NCBI GenBank assembly: GCA_963737265.1
Contig: CAVTRY010000014.1
Span: forward strand, 64,001 to 128,000
From: an uncultured delta proteobacterium
GTDB lineage: Bacteria; Myxococcota_A; Polyangia; Fen-1088
Length of the DNA: 64,000 bases
Direction: 5' to 3'
The notes beneath the pieces were generated by a model, which had not been told where the DNA came from, ran no database searches, and worked only from the letters and a program-made list of their open reading frames with translations. Each line of letters starts with the position of its first letter. Positions within the stretch are counted from its first letter, which is position 1. Both the position numbers and the translations under genes were made by a program. Below are positions 21,294 to 31,897 of the stretch, one piece after another.

Positions 21294-22095
21294 CTAGCGC
21301 TTGGGGAAAATGTCGTGGACGAGGTCGGTGAATACCTCGAACGAGCGTTCGTCGGCATTCTTGTTGTACGCCTGGCCGGTCTTGACGTCCGAGCCCGCGC
21401 CCGCGTCGGTGAAGCTATGCACAGCGCCGCCGTAGACGGTCATCTGCCAATCGACGTTGTGGCTGCGCATTTCGTTCTGGAAGGCGAGAATGTCCGCCGG
21501 CTTCACGAAGGGATCGTCGGCGCCTTGCAAAACGACCACCTTGGTCCTGATGTTTTTGCCGTCGGCCGGATTGGGGCTGTCGAGCCCGCCGTGAAAGCTG
21601 ACCACGGCCTGCACATCCGCGCCCGCTCGGGCGAGCTCGATGACACCCGTGCCGCCGAAGCAGTAGCCGGCTGCCACGACCTCGGTGCCGTCGACTTCTT
21701 TTTGTTCGCGCAAAACTTCGAGGCCGCGCAGCACGCGTTCGCGGAACAGCTTGCGGTCGCCCTTGTACTTTCCAGACAGCGCCATCGCCTCCTGCGGTCC
21801 CTTGGCGCGTACCCCCTTGCCGTACACGTCGACCGCGAATACGGCCAATCCAAGCTTCGCCACGCGCTCGGCCTGCCGCTTGGTTTCGTCCGAAACGCCG
21901 AGCCAGTTGTGCACCATCAGCACGCCCGGAATTTTGCCCTTGATCGCCTGCGGATAGACGAACACCCCTTCGAAACTCTTGGTCGCCGATCTTGTAATCG
22001 ACGGTCCTGCTTTTCACCGCGACGGTTCCGGCCACGGCAGTCGACACCATTGCCAGAATCAATCCAACTGTCAGCATCGGCCGAGCAATCATCAT
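21294..22095 (-). CDS. Secreted dienelactone hydrolase family protein, frameshift near 21973
   Basis: GYCFGG nucleophile, SFHG and HSFT motifs; signal peptide lies in the adjacent frame. Confidence 0.88.
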
Positions 22096-22162
22096 CGGAA
22101 AATCTCCCTTTTTGTATGCGTTGTAGATGCCATTGCGAGTGGTCTGGTGACATTCTTCGCCC

Positions 22163-23434
22163 ATGAATGCTTGGCGTGTCGGAGCGCCGCTCGCGATGTG
22201 CTTCGCGCTTGCGTGGGCACCTCGGCGCGCGTCGACGCCACCGTTTGCTGTGGAACCCGTGCGGCCGAGCGCCGTATCGCTCGAAGCACCCGCGCCACCG
22301 CGAATTCTGTTGCACACACCTGAGAATCTGGCACTGCAAAAGCTACGCTGGAACACCGATCGGCAACATCCCGGTCCAGCGCTGGCCCGGCTTCTCGACG
22401 ACGCGCGAAAGGCCCTGGGCGAACGCCCATTCTCGGTGACCGAAAAAAAGGCAACTCCGCCGAGCGGCGACAAGCACGACTACTTGAGCTTGGCTCCCTA
22501 CGCCTGGCCCGATCCGAGCAGCCCCGGCGGACTGCCGTACGTGAACCGCGACGGCGAGGTCAACCCAGAGCGCGACAGCATTGCCGACCACCAGTATTTT
22601 TCCCGCCTGGCCAATCTAACCGAAACCTTGGGCCTGGCCTATTTTTTAACCGGAGATGAGAGCTACGCTCGGCACGCGGCGCTGTTGCTGCGAACCTTCT
22701 TCGTCGATCCCGCGACGCGCATGAATCCAAATTTGAAATTCGCGCAAGGCGTGCGCGGCAAGGAAGATGGGCGGCCCGCCGGCATCATCGATACCGTTTC
22801 CATCGCCCGCCTCCTCGACGGCGTCGGGCTTCTCCGCGGCAGCAAGTCCCTGGCGAAGGAAGACGAGCAACGACTCGACGGCTGGTTTCGCGAGTACCTT
22901 TCGTGGCTGCGCGACAGCGAGCTCGGGCGCAAGGAAGGTCAGTCCAAGAACAACCACGGAACCTGGTATGACGTGCAGGTCGTCTCCCTCGCGCTGGCCA
23001 CCGGTCAGGTAGGTCTTGCGCGCGAGGTGCTGGAATTCAGCCACAAGCGCCGCATCGGCCGCGAAATCGAGCCTGACGGCCGACAGCCCGAAGAGCTTCG
23101 CCGCACGCGATCTTGGCACTACGCCGTCTACAATTTGCAGGCCTTGGTTGCGCTGGCGAATCTGGGCGACAGTATCGGTGTCGATCTCTGGCACTACCAA
23201 ACCCCCGACGGCCGTTCACTTCGCAAGGCGATCGAATGGCTGATTCCATTTGCCCGCGGCGAGCAATCCTGGCCCGCCCAAAATATCGACGGGATGAAAG
23301 TCGAAGAATTGTGGCCAGTCGTGCGCGAGGCAGCGGATCGGCTGCACGATGCGCGCCTGCTTCAGATTTCGTCGACCTTGGCTGGAGCGGGCACGGCCAG
23401 GGACCGGCTGCTGCTCTTTCTCGACGAGCGCTGA
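22163..23434 (+). CDS. Alginate lyase family protein (alpha/alpha toroid)
   Basis: GDKHDYLSLAPYAWP, MNPNL, NNHGTW, RTRSWHY motifs; signal peptide. Confidence 0.88.
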   Translation: MNAWRVGAPLAMCFALAWAPRRASTPPFAVEPVRPSAVSLEAPAPPRILLHTPENLALQKLRWNTDRQHPGPALARLLDDARKALGERPFSVTEKKATPPSGDKHDYLSLAPYAWPDPSSPGGLPYVNRDGEVNPERDSIADHQYFSRLANLTETLGLAYFLTGDESYARHAALLLRTFFVDPATRMNPNLKFAQGVRGKEDGRPAGIIDTVSIARLLDGVGLLRGSKSLAKEDEQRLDGWFREYLSWLRDSELGRKEGQSKNNHGTWYDVQVVSLALATGQVGLAREVLEFSHKRRIGREIEPDGRQPEELRRTRSWHYAVYNLQALVALANLGDSIGVDLWHYQTPDGRSLRKAIEWLIPFARGEQSWPAQNIDGMKVEELWPVVREAADRLHDARLLQISSTLAGAGTARDRLLLFLDER

Positions 23435-23627
23435 AGAACTGTCCAAGAATTGGTAGTTCTTCAGCAGCCGAGCCAAGGGCGCGGCTGCAAGTGGCCTGAA
23501 GTCCGCGAATTTACTTCGCGCAAGAGGGGAGGGCCGCGGCCCACAGGCACTAACCGGATGGGCAACGAAAGGTCGAGCATGCCGCCTCACGCAGCGAGGC
23601 GGGTGAGAGGTTATGTCGCGCCGGACT

Positions 23628-23669
23628 CCTCATCCCAACCTTCTCCTCGGCGGACCGGGGAGAAGGGGC
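23628..23669. repeat. REP-like imperfect palindrome
   Basis: cctcatcccaaccttctcc...ggagaagggg, resembling CCCTCTCCC...GGGAGAGGG-type intergenic repeats, between convergent genes. Confidence 0.45.
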
Positions 23670-23742
23670 CAGATTTCTCCGTCAGGCATCGCTTGACACG
23701 TATCAGATACGCCGAATTCCTCCGTCAGGCGTCGGCTAATGC

Positions 23743-24228
23743 CTATGGGGCCGCGGCCCTCCCTCCAACAATCGCCGCGCGCAGATGGACTTCGCGTTCG
23801 ACGGACACGAACATCGCGGGCAGCGACAGCGCCACCAGCCCGTCGGTGATCTTGCGCAGGATGAAGCCAGGCAGCGGGGCCGCGATCTCCATCGCGACCC
23901 GGTACTCCACGCGCGTGCCGCCGTCCTCGGCCGAAAAGCGCCAGCCGCCTTCGGAATTTTTCACCACCTCGCCCTCGACGTAGCGCCAGTCGACGGTCAA
24001 TGCAAAGGCGTCGCAATCGAGATCGAGCACGTAGCGAAAGGGCAACACGATGTTGCCGCGAAATTCCACGCGCGTGCGTTTTCCCTCGCTCGACAGCACG
24101 CGCGCCGCCTTGACTTCGGGAAAAAGGCGCGGATAGGCCGCGAAATCCACCACCACTGCGTAAGCCGCCGCGGGCGCGATACCTTTGAAGACGGCGATCT
24201 TGGAAACTGGAGCGAGCGGCGAAGACAC
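23743..24228 (-). CDS. SRPBCC / polyketide cyclase-dehydratase family protein
   Basis: YAVVVDFAAYPRLFPEV...NSEGGWRF...TRVEY pattern. Confidence 0.85.
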   Translation of the reverse strand: MSSPLAPVSKIAVFKGIAPAAAYAVVVDFAAYPRLFPEVKAARVLSSEGKRTRVEFRGNIVLPFRYVLDLDCDAFALTVDWRYVEGEVVKNSEGGWRFSAEDGGTRVEYRVAMEIAAPLPGFILRKITDGLVALSLPAMFVSVEREVHLRAAIVGGRAAAP

Positions 24229-24291
24229 GGGGGCACTCTACCCGCTCTGCGCTCTTCGCGCCTCTGTGGTGGTGAATCCGGATCCGGATCT

Positions 24292-25117
24292 CTACTGCGG
24301 CTTCTTGCGGATAGCGAGCAGCTGATTGAGCGAACCCGACGAAAATCCCGCCAAGTCCAGCGCCACGAAGGTGAAACCGAGCCGGCGGCCGAGCTTGAAG
24401 AATCGCCGCGCGGGTCTCGGGCTCGACCGCGCGCGCGAGGGCGGCAGCTTCCAACTCCAGCCGCGCGATCTCGCCATGCCAGCGCGCGCGCACCTGGCGG
24501 AAACCGAGAGCGCGAAGACCGTCTTCGAACCGGTCGACCTGGTGCAGACGCTCGGGCGTGATCTCGGTGCCGTAGGGAAAGCGCGACGACAGGCAGGCAA
24601 GCTGCGGCTTGTCCCAGGTGGAAAGACCGAGCTCTTTCGACAGCTCGCGCACGTCGCCCTTCGACATGGCCGCATCGACAAGCGGCTGGCGCGCGCCGTG
24701 CTCCTTGGCCGCTTGCAAGCCGGGACGGTAGTCGCCGAGGTCGTCGGTGTTGGTGCCAAGCAGAATTTCCTTCAGCCCCAGGCGCTTGGCCACCGGCTGC
24801 GCGATGTCGAGCAGCTCGTCCTTGCAGTAAAAGCAGCGGTCCTTGGGATTCATGCGGAATTCGGGGCGCGACAGCTCGTGCGATTCCGCGACCTCGGTGC
24901 GCGCGCCGATTTCCGCCGCCAGCTCCAGCGCGGCCTTGCGTTCGCTGGCCGCCATGGTCGGCGACAGCGCCACCATGGCAACGCAACGTTCGCCGAGTAC
25001 GTCGTGGGCGACCTTGAGCACTAGGGTCGAATCCACGCCGCCCGAATAGCAAACCAGAGCCGAACCGCAGTCCGAAATCAAACTGCGCAGTCGTGTGTGC
25101 TTGTCAGCGAGAGTCAT
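24292..25117 (-). CDS. larE: ATP-dependent sulfur transferase LarE, frameshift near 24399
   Basis: PP-loop SGGVDS, RCFYCK, DLGDYRPG, ACLSSRFPYG; C-terminus GFTFVALDLAGFSSGSLN in the neighbouring frame. Confidence 0.9.
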
Positions 25118-25150
25118 CGTTTCTAGTTATAGCGCGGAAGTTTCTCAATT

Positions 25151-26472
25151 CTACTTGGCTACGGCCTCCGCCGAGCCGTCGCCGTGGTGGAAGGGCGCGA
25201 TGGCGGTGAAGAGAAGCGACGGCGCCGCCGCCAGCAGTACGATGATGAAGTAGGTCTGGTAGCCAACGGCTTGCTGGATGTAGCCGCTGGCCGCGCCGGT
25301 CACCGTCATGCACATGCTGAGTCCGAAACCCGTCGCGAACGCGTAGTGCGCCATCCGGTACGGCCCGGGCGCGATCTGCTGCATCATGTACACCATGTGC
25401 CCGACCGCACCGATGCCCCAGCCGAGTTTTTCGATGCAGAAGATGGCGCCGATGATCCACAGGCTCTCTGGGCGCACCCAGCCAAGGTAGAGAAACGTTA
25501 CGTTGGGCACATTCAGGAACAGACACAAAATCAGCAGCGACCGCTTGAGGCCGCGCTTGGCGACGAACCACCCGCCAACCAGCGATCCCACGATGAAGGC
25601 GGCCGTCGCGATGCCATTGAGTAGCCCGAGCTTGCTGTTGTCGAGGCCCAACCCGCCATGCGCGCGCGAATCGAGCAGGAACAGCGTCGACACCTTGTCG
25701 AGCAACCCCAGGCCGAAGCGATAGAAAAAGGCGAAGCCAATCAGCTTCCACACGTCCCTTTTCTGAAAGAACGTGACGAACACGCGGCCGAACATGACGA
25801 AGCCCTCGCCGAGCGACTTGGGCGCGTCGGCGGCCTTCGACCCTTGCGGCAGAAAGGCCGTGTGCCACAGCGCCATGCCCAGCATCAACGCGCCGAGTAG
25901 AATGAAGGTGATCATCCACGCCGAGGAATAGGCCCCGACCGAGGGCTTAAGCCCGCCGCCCTCGCCCGCCAGTTTCCCGACCAGCAAGACCAACGCGCTG
26001 CCCGCCACGATGGGACCGATGCTCCAGCTCATGCTTTGCACGCCTGAAAACGCGGCCTGATGCTTGTTGCTGAGCGTGGTCACGTAAACGCCGTCGGTCA
26101 CCAGATCCTGCGTCGCTCCGGCCAGCGCCGCGATCATGAGCAGCCCCACCGCCGGCGCCACGAACGCTGGTAGCTTGAGCGCCGCGGCCAGCGCCATGAA
26201 AATCCCGGCAAGAACGAGCTGCATCAAGACCACGAAGAATTTCTTAGTCTTGCCGAGCTCAAGCAGCGGCGCCCACAGCGGCTTAAACGTGAATGCGAAT
26301 CCCGTCAGGCTCGAATAGAGAGCCGACTGTTCGTTGGAGAACCCCAGATTCGCAAACATGATGTTCGCCGCCGTGGTGACCATGGTGTACACGGTCCCCA
26401 TCGCGAAGTAGCTGGTGGGTACCCAAAGAATGGGATGCTTGTAGCTTGGCTTGACGTCGCTGTCGGTGTTCA
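25151..26472 (-). CDS. AmpG-like MFS transporter
   Basis: WVPTSYFAMG, FKPLWAP, ATQDLVTDGVY and about 12 TM helices. Confidence 0.85.
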
Positions 26473-26760
26473 TGGGGGTGGCCGCCGATGATACGCGTTT
26501 ACGCGGCGGCAACAACCCCCCATGCGGTTCCAGCGGTTCCACCTCGTGCTGCGCGCCGCTGCCACGCCACCTCCGTTGTGAGCCCCAACACCAAGTCCGC
26601 CCCGAAAACGCCGGATAACGCGAGATTCGGCCGGGAAATCCCGCCCGCGAATGCTAGTCTCAGCGTCTGGCGCTCTCGCCCCTTTTTGAGTAGTATGCCG
26701 GCGATTTGGCTGCCCCTCCCCGCATTGGGGCCGTCGCCACCCACAGATGATGAGGACCCC

Positions 26761-27756
26761 ATGAAAACTTCGCTCCGCCTTGTTTCAGGTTTGCTGTCCG
26801 GCGCCGCCGTCGTGGCGCTGGCCTTCGCTGGCTCAAACTGCTCGCCGACTGGTGGCTCGCTCGGCGGAAGCAGCGGCAGCGGCTCGGGTGGATACACGTC
26901 CTCCGGGTCGGGAGGGAACAGCGGCAGCAATGGCGGCTCGAACACCGGCAACGGTGGCTCCTCCGCCAGCAACGGCGGTGCGCACACCAACGGCGGCTCC
27001 TCCGTCAGCAACGGCGGCGCGACCAGCAACGGCGGCGCAACCGTAACGAGCAACGGCGGCGCGACCAGCAACGGTGGCTCCTCCGCCAGCAACGGCGGCG
27101 CGACCGTAACGAGTAACGGTGGCGCGACCGTAACGAGTAACGGCGGCGCCACAACCAGCAGCAGCACCCCGACTGGAAAGACGGTGACATTCACAACCGG
27201 CAAAGCCTCGGGCGCCATGGTCGGCTACGGCTGGGTTGCCCTGGGTTCGGAGGACACGATAAGTGACCCAACCTGCGGTGCCACCAAGGCGGCTATCACG
27301 CAAGCCGCGCCGTGCGCCACCGCCACGAATTGGTCGAGCACCAGTTCTCTCTGCATAACAGGCTCCATCCCCATCGTATCGGGTCCCACTGACTACACCC
27401 CGAACTGGGGCGTCTCGGTAGGTGTGAACGCCACCGATCCAGCCGGCTCAGGCCTCGGCCAGCAGTTTACGTCGGTCACGATAGCCGTAACTGGCTCGCC
27501 GACGTCGGGTCTGCGCGCCATTGTCCATAGGAAGGGTGATACGGATCAAGTTACCTACTGCTCCCCCTTGACGTCGGGCACGGCCATCCCATTCGCTTCC
27601 TTCACCACAGCCTGCTTTACACCCGCAACCCCGGGAACGGCGCTCACGGCTGCGGACGTGCTCAACGTCGACAAGCTCAGCGTCCAGGTTTCGTCGGGCA
27701 CTGCGGCGGCGATCACCGTGACCAGCCTCTGCATCACTGGCATCACGTTTCAGTAA
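26761..27756 (+). CDS. Secreted lipoprotein with Ser-Asn-Gly-Gly repeat linker and C-terminal beta-rich domain
   Basis: MKTSLRL...AGSNC signal, then repeated SNGG(A/S) units, then a Thr/Cys-rich domain with WGVSVG. Confidence 0.8.
   Translation: MKTSLRLVSGLLSGAAVVALAFAGSNCSPTGGSLGGSSGSGSGGYTSSGSGGNSGSNGGSNTGNGGSSASNGGAHTNGGSSVSNGGATSNGGATVTSNGGATSNGGSSASNGGATVTSNGGATVTSNGGATTSSSTPTGKTVTFTTGKASGAMVGYGWVALGSEDTISDPTCGATKAAITQAAPCATATNWSSTSSLCITGSIPIVSGPTDYTPNWGVSVGVNATDPAGSGLGQQFTSVTIAVTGSPTSGLRAIVHRKGDTDQVTYCSPLTSGTAIPFASFTTACFTPATPGTALTAADVLNVDKLSVQVSSGTAAAITVTSLCITGITFQ
26926..27150 (+). repeat. Coding low-complexity repeat (agcaacggcggc units)
   Basis: About 10 degenerate copies encoding xNGG. 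Confidence 0.8.
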
Positions 27757-27867
27757 GTCATCTCTTCGTGACCCCATCGAAGTAGGGCGCACAGACGCTC
27801 CGCTTTCGTTGTGCGGAGAACGTCATCGGCATCTTGCCGCGAAGGATGCCAACGTGGTCGTGCATCG

Positions 27868-28620
27868 TCAATTGCACGCCTGCGCCCCGACATCGTAGCC
27901 TGTGCCCGTCTGGCCGCAACTGCCATTGCCAAACATGTCGAGACAGAAAGTGGTTTGGAGGTGGTACGGCTGACCGCACGCGGCAGTGGTGAATGATGTG
28001 CAGGGGTTGACGGTGCCGGCACACGTACACCCTCCGATAACCTGGCAAGTCCCTGACACGATTCCGCAAATCGCGGTACCACAGGTTCCGGCAGCGGGTC
28101 CGTTCGACTCCGGCGTTTCCTGCCCGTCGCAGTTGTAGTCGAAGCTGACGCAGGCGTCGGCGGTGGTGAAGTACGCGGTCTGACCGGGGTGGGCGTTGGC
28201 GTCGCTGTCGCAGCAGTCGCCGGACTTGTTGGCGTAGCCTGTCGGGACAGTGGTGCCGCACTGTTGGACCGATGCGCTGGTGCCGTAGCTGTCGCCATCG
28301 CCATCCACATAGAAGGTGCTGCACACGCCGGTCAGGCACTGCGTGCCCGCCGTGCAAGATTGGCCGTCGACGAGATAGCAGGATCCGCCGGAACAGGTCG
28401 ACCCCGTGGCGCAGGTCCGGCCGCAGCTACCGCAGTTGGCGTTGCTCGTCAGCGATACGCAAGCGCCACTGCATCCCGTTAGGCCCGTGGCACAGCAGGT
28501 GGCGTTGGAGCAATTCCCACTGGCACACTGACTGCTGTTTTGGCAGACGCCACCAGGACCGACCAGATCTACACAGGCGCCGCCCGTGCAGTATTTCCCA
28601 GAGGCACAGGGCTGCGGGGC
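27868..28620 (-). CDS. Cys-rich extracellular protein with DxDGDxYG...DCxD...NCDG putative metal-binding motif; native 5' end unclear
   Basis: CASGKYC, NCGSCGRTC, FYVDGDGDSYG, DCCDSDANAHPG, FDYNCDG. Confidence 0.75.
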   Translation of the reverse strand, partial: APQPCASGKYCTGGACVDLVGPGGVCQNSSQCASGNCSNATCCATGLTGCSGACVSLTSNANCGSCGRTCATGSTCSGGSCYLVDGQSCTAGTQCLTGVCSTFYVDGDGDSYGTSASVQQCGTTVPTGYANKSGDCCDSDANAHPGQTAYFTTADACVSFDYNCDGQETPESNGPAAGTCGTAICGIVSGTCQVIGGCTCAGTVNPCTSFTTAACGQPYHLQTTFCLDMFGNGSCGQTGTGYDVGAQACN

Positions 28621-29085
28621 ATAGGCATTAACCCAAAAACTTGCGATTTCTCCGCGGTGACGCCGCCTGCTGCTCGCAAATGCGCACCGGGTTCGCCCGG
28701 CGGTTGAGGAGAACCGGCCGATTGCACGACTGCCGGAACCTCGACTGCGTGGTTTTGCTTGGCCAGCATGTCCTCGCACTCGGCGATGTGTTTCTGCGCG
28801 TCGGCCTTGTCGCTCTCGCTTAGCCGCTTGCCTACGCGTAGATATTCCCGGAAACTAGAGATCGCCTCGGAAAGGTTGTTTTTCTGTTCTAGACAGTCTG
28901 GCCTTGTTTAAAATGTACGTCTCATTTTTTGTGTCGACGAACATCTCGGAAAGGATCGCCACGCCCTTGGCGTAATGGCCCGAAAGGCAAGACGTTCTCG
29001 CCATGCGCTCCTGCGCCTGCCGGCTGGCCACCAGCGCCGGCGGACTTAAAGCGAGCAGCGCCAACACACAAAGAGGGGCGAACAT
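28569..29085 (-). pseudogene. Frameshifted TPR-protein N-terminus
   Basis: Signal peptide + ERMARTSCLSGHYAKGVAILSEMFV, continuing across frame breaks as EAISSFREYLR...AQKHIAECE. Confidence 0.55.
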
Positions 29086-29194
29086 CGGTCGGTGTCGCCG
29101 TAACTGTCTCTCGCGTCCGTCAGTCTGGCTCATCGCGGCGGATCATGCAGTCTCGGCTTGCCGCTGGCAAGAATGTTTGGAGGTGGAAGCGCAA

Positions 29195-29214
29195 AGCCGG
29201 CCTCGCGGCCGGCT
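29195..29214 (-). terminator. GC-rich hairpin, likely terminator of the 31897-start gene and target of the IIC intron
   Basis: AGCCGGCC-tcgc-GGCCGGCT. On the minus strand it follows the reconstructed TGA (29216-29214) and is followed by a short T run. Confidence 0.65.
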
Positions 29215-29220
29215 CATCGG

Positions 29221-31106
29221 GTGCGCCCAGCATGGGCGTCGTCTTGGGGGTGCAAGTCCCCCCGAAAGGAGACCATCCCAAACGAAGCGAACTGCAACTG
29301 CGAAAGGGCGACCAATCGTGGGGAGGAAGCAGGGAGCGAAACCGCGGGCTGATGAACAAAAACCGGATAAGAGGCGGCGCCGAGCGGGGCGAGTGGGCCC
29401 GTTGCCACAAAGCCTCGATGGTCAAAGCTCAGGCTACGTAGATCCGGCGGTCGTGCGGGGAAGGACGACGTACTTACCTGGGGAGATCTCGCCTTGTGCC
29501 TGAAAGGGCGACGGCGCGGACGCGACGGGGCGAGAAGTCAGCAGAGGTCGTAGTAGCGAAGTCGAAGCCGGGGCGGCGATATCACCGACGCCGGAAGTCT
29601 TTGGCGATGCGAAGGACTGAACGAGAAGGAGAGCGAAACGAACATGCGTCTCGGAAGCAAACGGCCTCAGATGACCAGGCAACTGGAGCTAACGTTTTCA
29701 AATAGGGGTGAAACCCCGACGGGAAAACGAAGCGAGGAAGCGCCGACGGCGACGTGTGAAAACGAGCGCTCGGGAGCGAGCGGCCTGATGGAGAGGGTGT
29801 GCGAACGCCCGAACCTTTTGGCCGCGCTGAAGCGAGTGAGAAGGAACAAGGGCAGTCCCGGCATCGACGGGATGACGGTGGATGAATTGCCGATACACCT
29901 GCGCGAATACTGGCCACGGCTGCGCGAGGAACTGCTCGCGGGGACGTACCAGCCCGCGCTTGTGAAGGAGCAACTCATACCGAAGGCCAGCGGAGGAATG
30001 CGCAAGCTTGGCATTCCGACGGTGGTCGACCGATTCATCCAGCAGGCTGTATTGCAGGTTCTGCAACCGATGTTCGACCCGGACTTCTCAAAGCACAGCC
30101 ACGGTTTCCGGCCTGGGCACCGTGCGCACGACGCCATCGTCGAGGCGCAGGGGTATATCCAGGGCGGACGCAAGTGGGTGGTAGACGTGGACTTGGAGCA
30201 ATTCTTTGACCGCGTGAACCACGACGTGCTGATGGGAAGACTGGCGAAACGCATCGGCGACCGTCGTTTGCTGGGGCTCATCCGGCGTTACCTCGGGGCC
30301 GGCATTATGGCTGGCGGGGTGGCGACGGAGCGGTACGAGGGAACGCCACAAGGCGGCCCCTTGTCACCGCTGCTAGCCAACGTGCTGCTCGACGAAGTGG
30401 ACAAGGAGCTGGAGAAACGCGGGCACGCATTCTGCCGGTACGCTGATGACTGCAACGTATACCTTCGGTCGCGGCGTGCGGGCGAGCGTGTGATGGGGCT
30501 GCTACGGCGGCTCTACGCGGGACTGCGACTTCAAGTCAATGAAACGAAAAGCGCGGTGGGCTTGGCGTGGAACCGGAAAATCCTGGGTTACACATTCTGG
30601 GTAAACCGGGAAGGAACGGTGAAGCGCGCGGTGGCAGACAAAGCCCTTGCCACGATGAAGGACAAAGTCCGGAACATCACGAGGCGGACGGGCGGGCAAA
30701 GCATTGGCCAGGTCTGCAAACGGCTGGGGGAATATCTGCGTGGTTGGAAGGAATACTTCCGGCTCGCGGACACGCCTCGGGTCTTTGGCAACTTGGACAA
30801 ATGGATTCGCCGTCGCCTACGGGCTCTCCACTTGAAACACTGGGGACAACAATCGACCGTCTATCGGGAACTGCGGGCTCGGGGGATGTCCCATGACGCA
30901 GCAAGCGTAGTGGCCGTGAACTGTCGCCGCTGGTGGAAAAACTCGGCTAGTATGATGAACGTGGCATTTCCCATTCGCTACTTTGACCAGTTGGGGGTAC
31001 CCCGGCTGGCCACGTAACCTCAACTTCCCGAACCGCCCGGTGCGGACCCGCACGCCGGGTGGTGTGGCAGGGGTCCTTGACGATCTGTCGAGGCCCCTAT
31101 GCCGAT
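29221..31106 (+). mobile_element. Group II intron, class IIC
   Basis: 5' GTGCGCCCAGCATGGGCG; domain V GAACCGCCCGGTGCGGACCCGCACGCCGGGTGGTG; domain VI ending CCTATGCCGAT; inserted 6 nt after a hairpin. Confidence 0.93.
29644..31017 (+). CDS. ltrA: Group II intron reverse transcriptase/maturase, no endonuclease domain
   Basis: NKGSPGIDG, RKLGIPTVVDR, FFDRVNHD, GTPQGGPLSPLLAN, RYADD, thumb GWKEYF. Start could be 29671. Confidence 0.96.
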   Translation: MRLGSKRPQMTRQLELTFSNRGETPTGKRSEEAPTATCENERSGASGLMERVCERPNLLAALKRVRRNKGSPGIDGMTVDELPIHLREYWPRLREELLAGTYQPALVKEQLIPKASGGMRKLGIPTVVDRFIQQAVLQVLQPMFDPDFSKHSHGFRPGHRAHDAIVEAQGYIQGGRKWVVDVDLEQFFDRVNHDVLMGRLAKRIGDRRLLGLIRRYLGAGIMAGGVATERYEGTPQGGPLSPLLANVLLDEVDKELEKRGHAFCRYADDCNVYLRSRRAGERVMGLLRRLYAGLRLQVNETKSAVGLAWNRKILGYTFWVNREGTVKRAVADKALATMKDKVRNITRRTGGQSIGQVCKRLGEYLRGWKEYFRLADTPRVFGNLDKWIRRRLRALHLKHWGQQSTVYRELRARGMSHDAASVVAVNCRRWWKNSASMMNVAFPIRYFDQLGVPRLAT

Positions 31107-31897
31107 CCGTGCAGCGGCGGCCAGCGATCCTGACCTGGCTCTTCCGGGGCTGCGTGCCAGGGCGGGGCGACGACGGCTTTCTTCGTCACCTTCTCGACCA
31201 GCTTCCACGACTCTCTCGCCAACTCGCGAGGGAAGCCGGAGCAGTACGGCGACGCCCACTCGCTGTGAAACACCGCCAGCCGGGCAAATTCCGCCACCAA
31301 GGTCATGCTGGCGCGGTAACTCTTGCCCACGCTTGGCGCGGCTGGCGGGGCCTCGGCACAAGGGGGATAGGAGGAGAACTTGCAGACCGACTTATCAATA
31401 GACGGCCGGAAGTGATACTCACAAAAGTAGTCAAGAAATAAGAAGATCCCTTTCCCAGAGAAGAATCCACTGCTCTTTCGCAGAGCGTGAGAGGCCTGCG
31501 ATCTGCCGGCAAAGCTGTTCCAACCGCTGATACCGTCGACCTCGATCGCGTAAATGTCGTTGCCTCGGAGCGAGACCCGAATGTGTCCAGACTCGAACCA
31601 CTCGTCGTAGATGAAGTGGAGGAATTTGTCCTCATGCCCCGGCAGTCCATACTCTTGCTTTTCTAGCCACTCCTCCAGGAAAAAAGCCTCCCATTGCGAA
31701 TCGTCCGTGGGAGACACCGAGGCGTCGACGGACCTGGCGTCTGCGAGGATACTCATCCCGCCCGATTTGCCACCGTCCGGCCGCGAAGGCGAGGCGCCCG
31801 CTGGCGAACACGAGAAAGACGCTATTGAGGACGCCACGATCAGGACAAGCCCCGGAACCTCAGCGGCTATCGTTCTCCAATGCGCTGACGAGATCAT
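31097..31897 (-). CDS. Hypothetical exported protein / possible lipoprotein
   Basis: Hydrophobic N-terminus ending SFSC; ATGA-coupled to the upstream gene; last codons supplied by the intron. Confidence 0.65.
   Translation of the reverse strand: MISSAHWRTIAAEVPGLVLIVASSIASFSCSPAGASPSRPDGGKSGGMSILADARSVDASVSPTDDSQWEAFFLEEWLEKQEYGLPGHEDKFLHFIYDEWFESGHIRVSLRGNDIYAIEVDGISGWNSFAGRSQASHALRKSSGFFSGKGIFLFLDYFCEYHFRPSIDKSVCKFSSYPPCAEAPPAAPSVGKSYRASMTLVAEFARLAVFHSEWASPYCSGFPRELARESWKLVEKVTKKAVVAPPWHAAPEEPGQDRWPPLHGSA

Noticed and set aside
22163-23434. Alginate biosynthesis system linking the lyase and the AlgI-like MBOAT
   Set aside because: They are 26 kb apart and no alg8/alg44/algD/algE genes are visible.
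26926-27150. Possible CRISPR array
   Set aside because: Repeats are in-frame, degenerate and lack unique spacers; no cas genes.
29644-31017. RT as a retron, DGR or defence-associated RT
   Set aside because: It has canonical group II intron RT/maturase motifs with intact intron 5' end and domains V/VI; no template/variable repeats or msr-msd seen.
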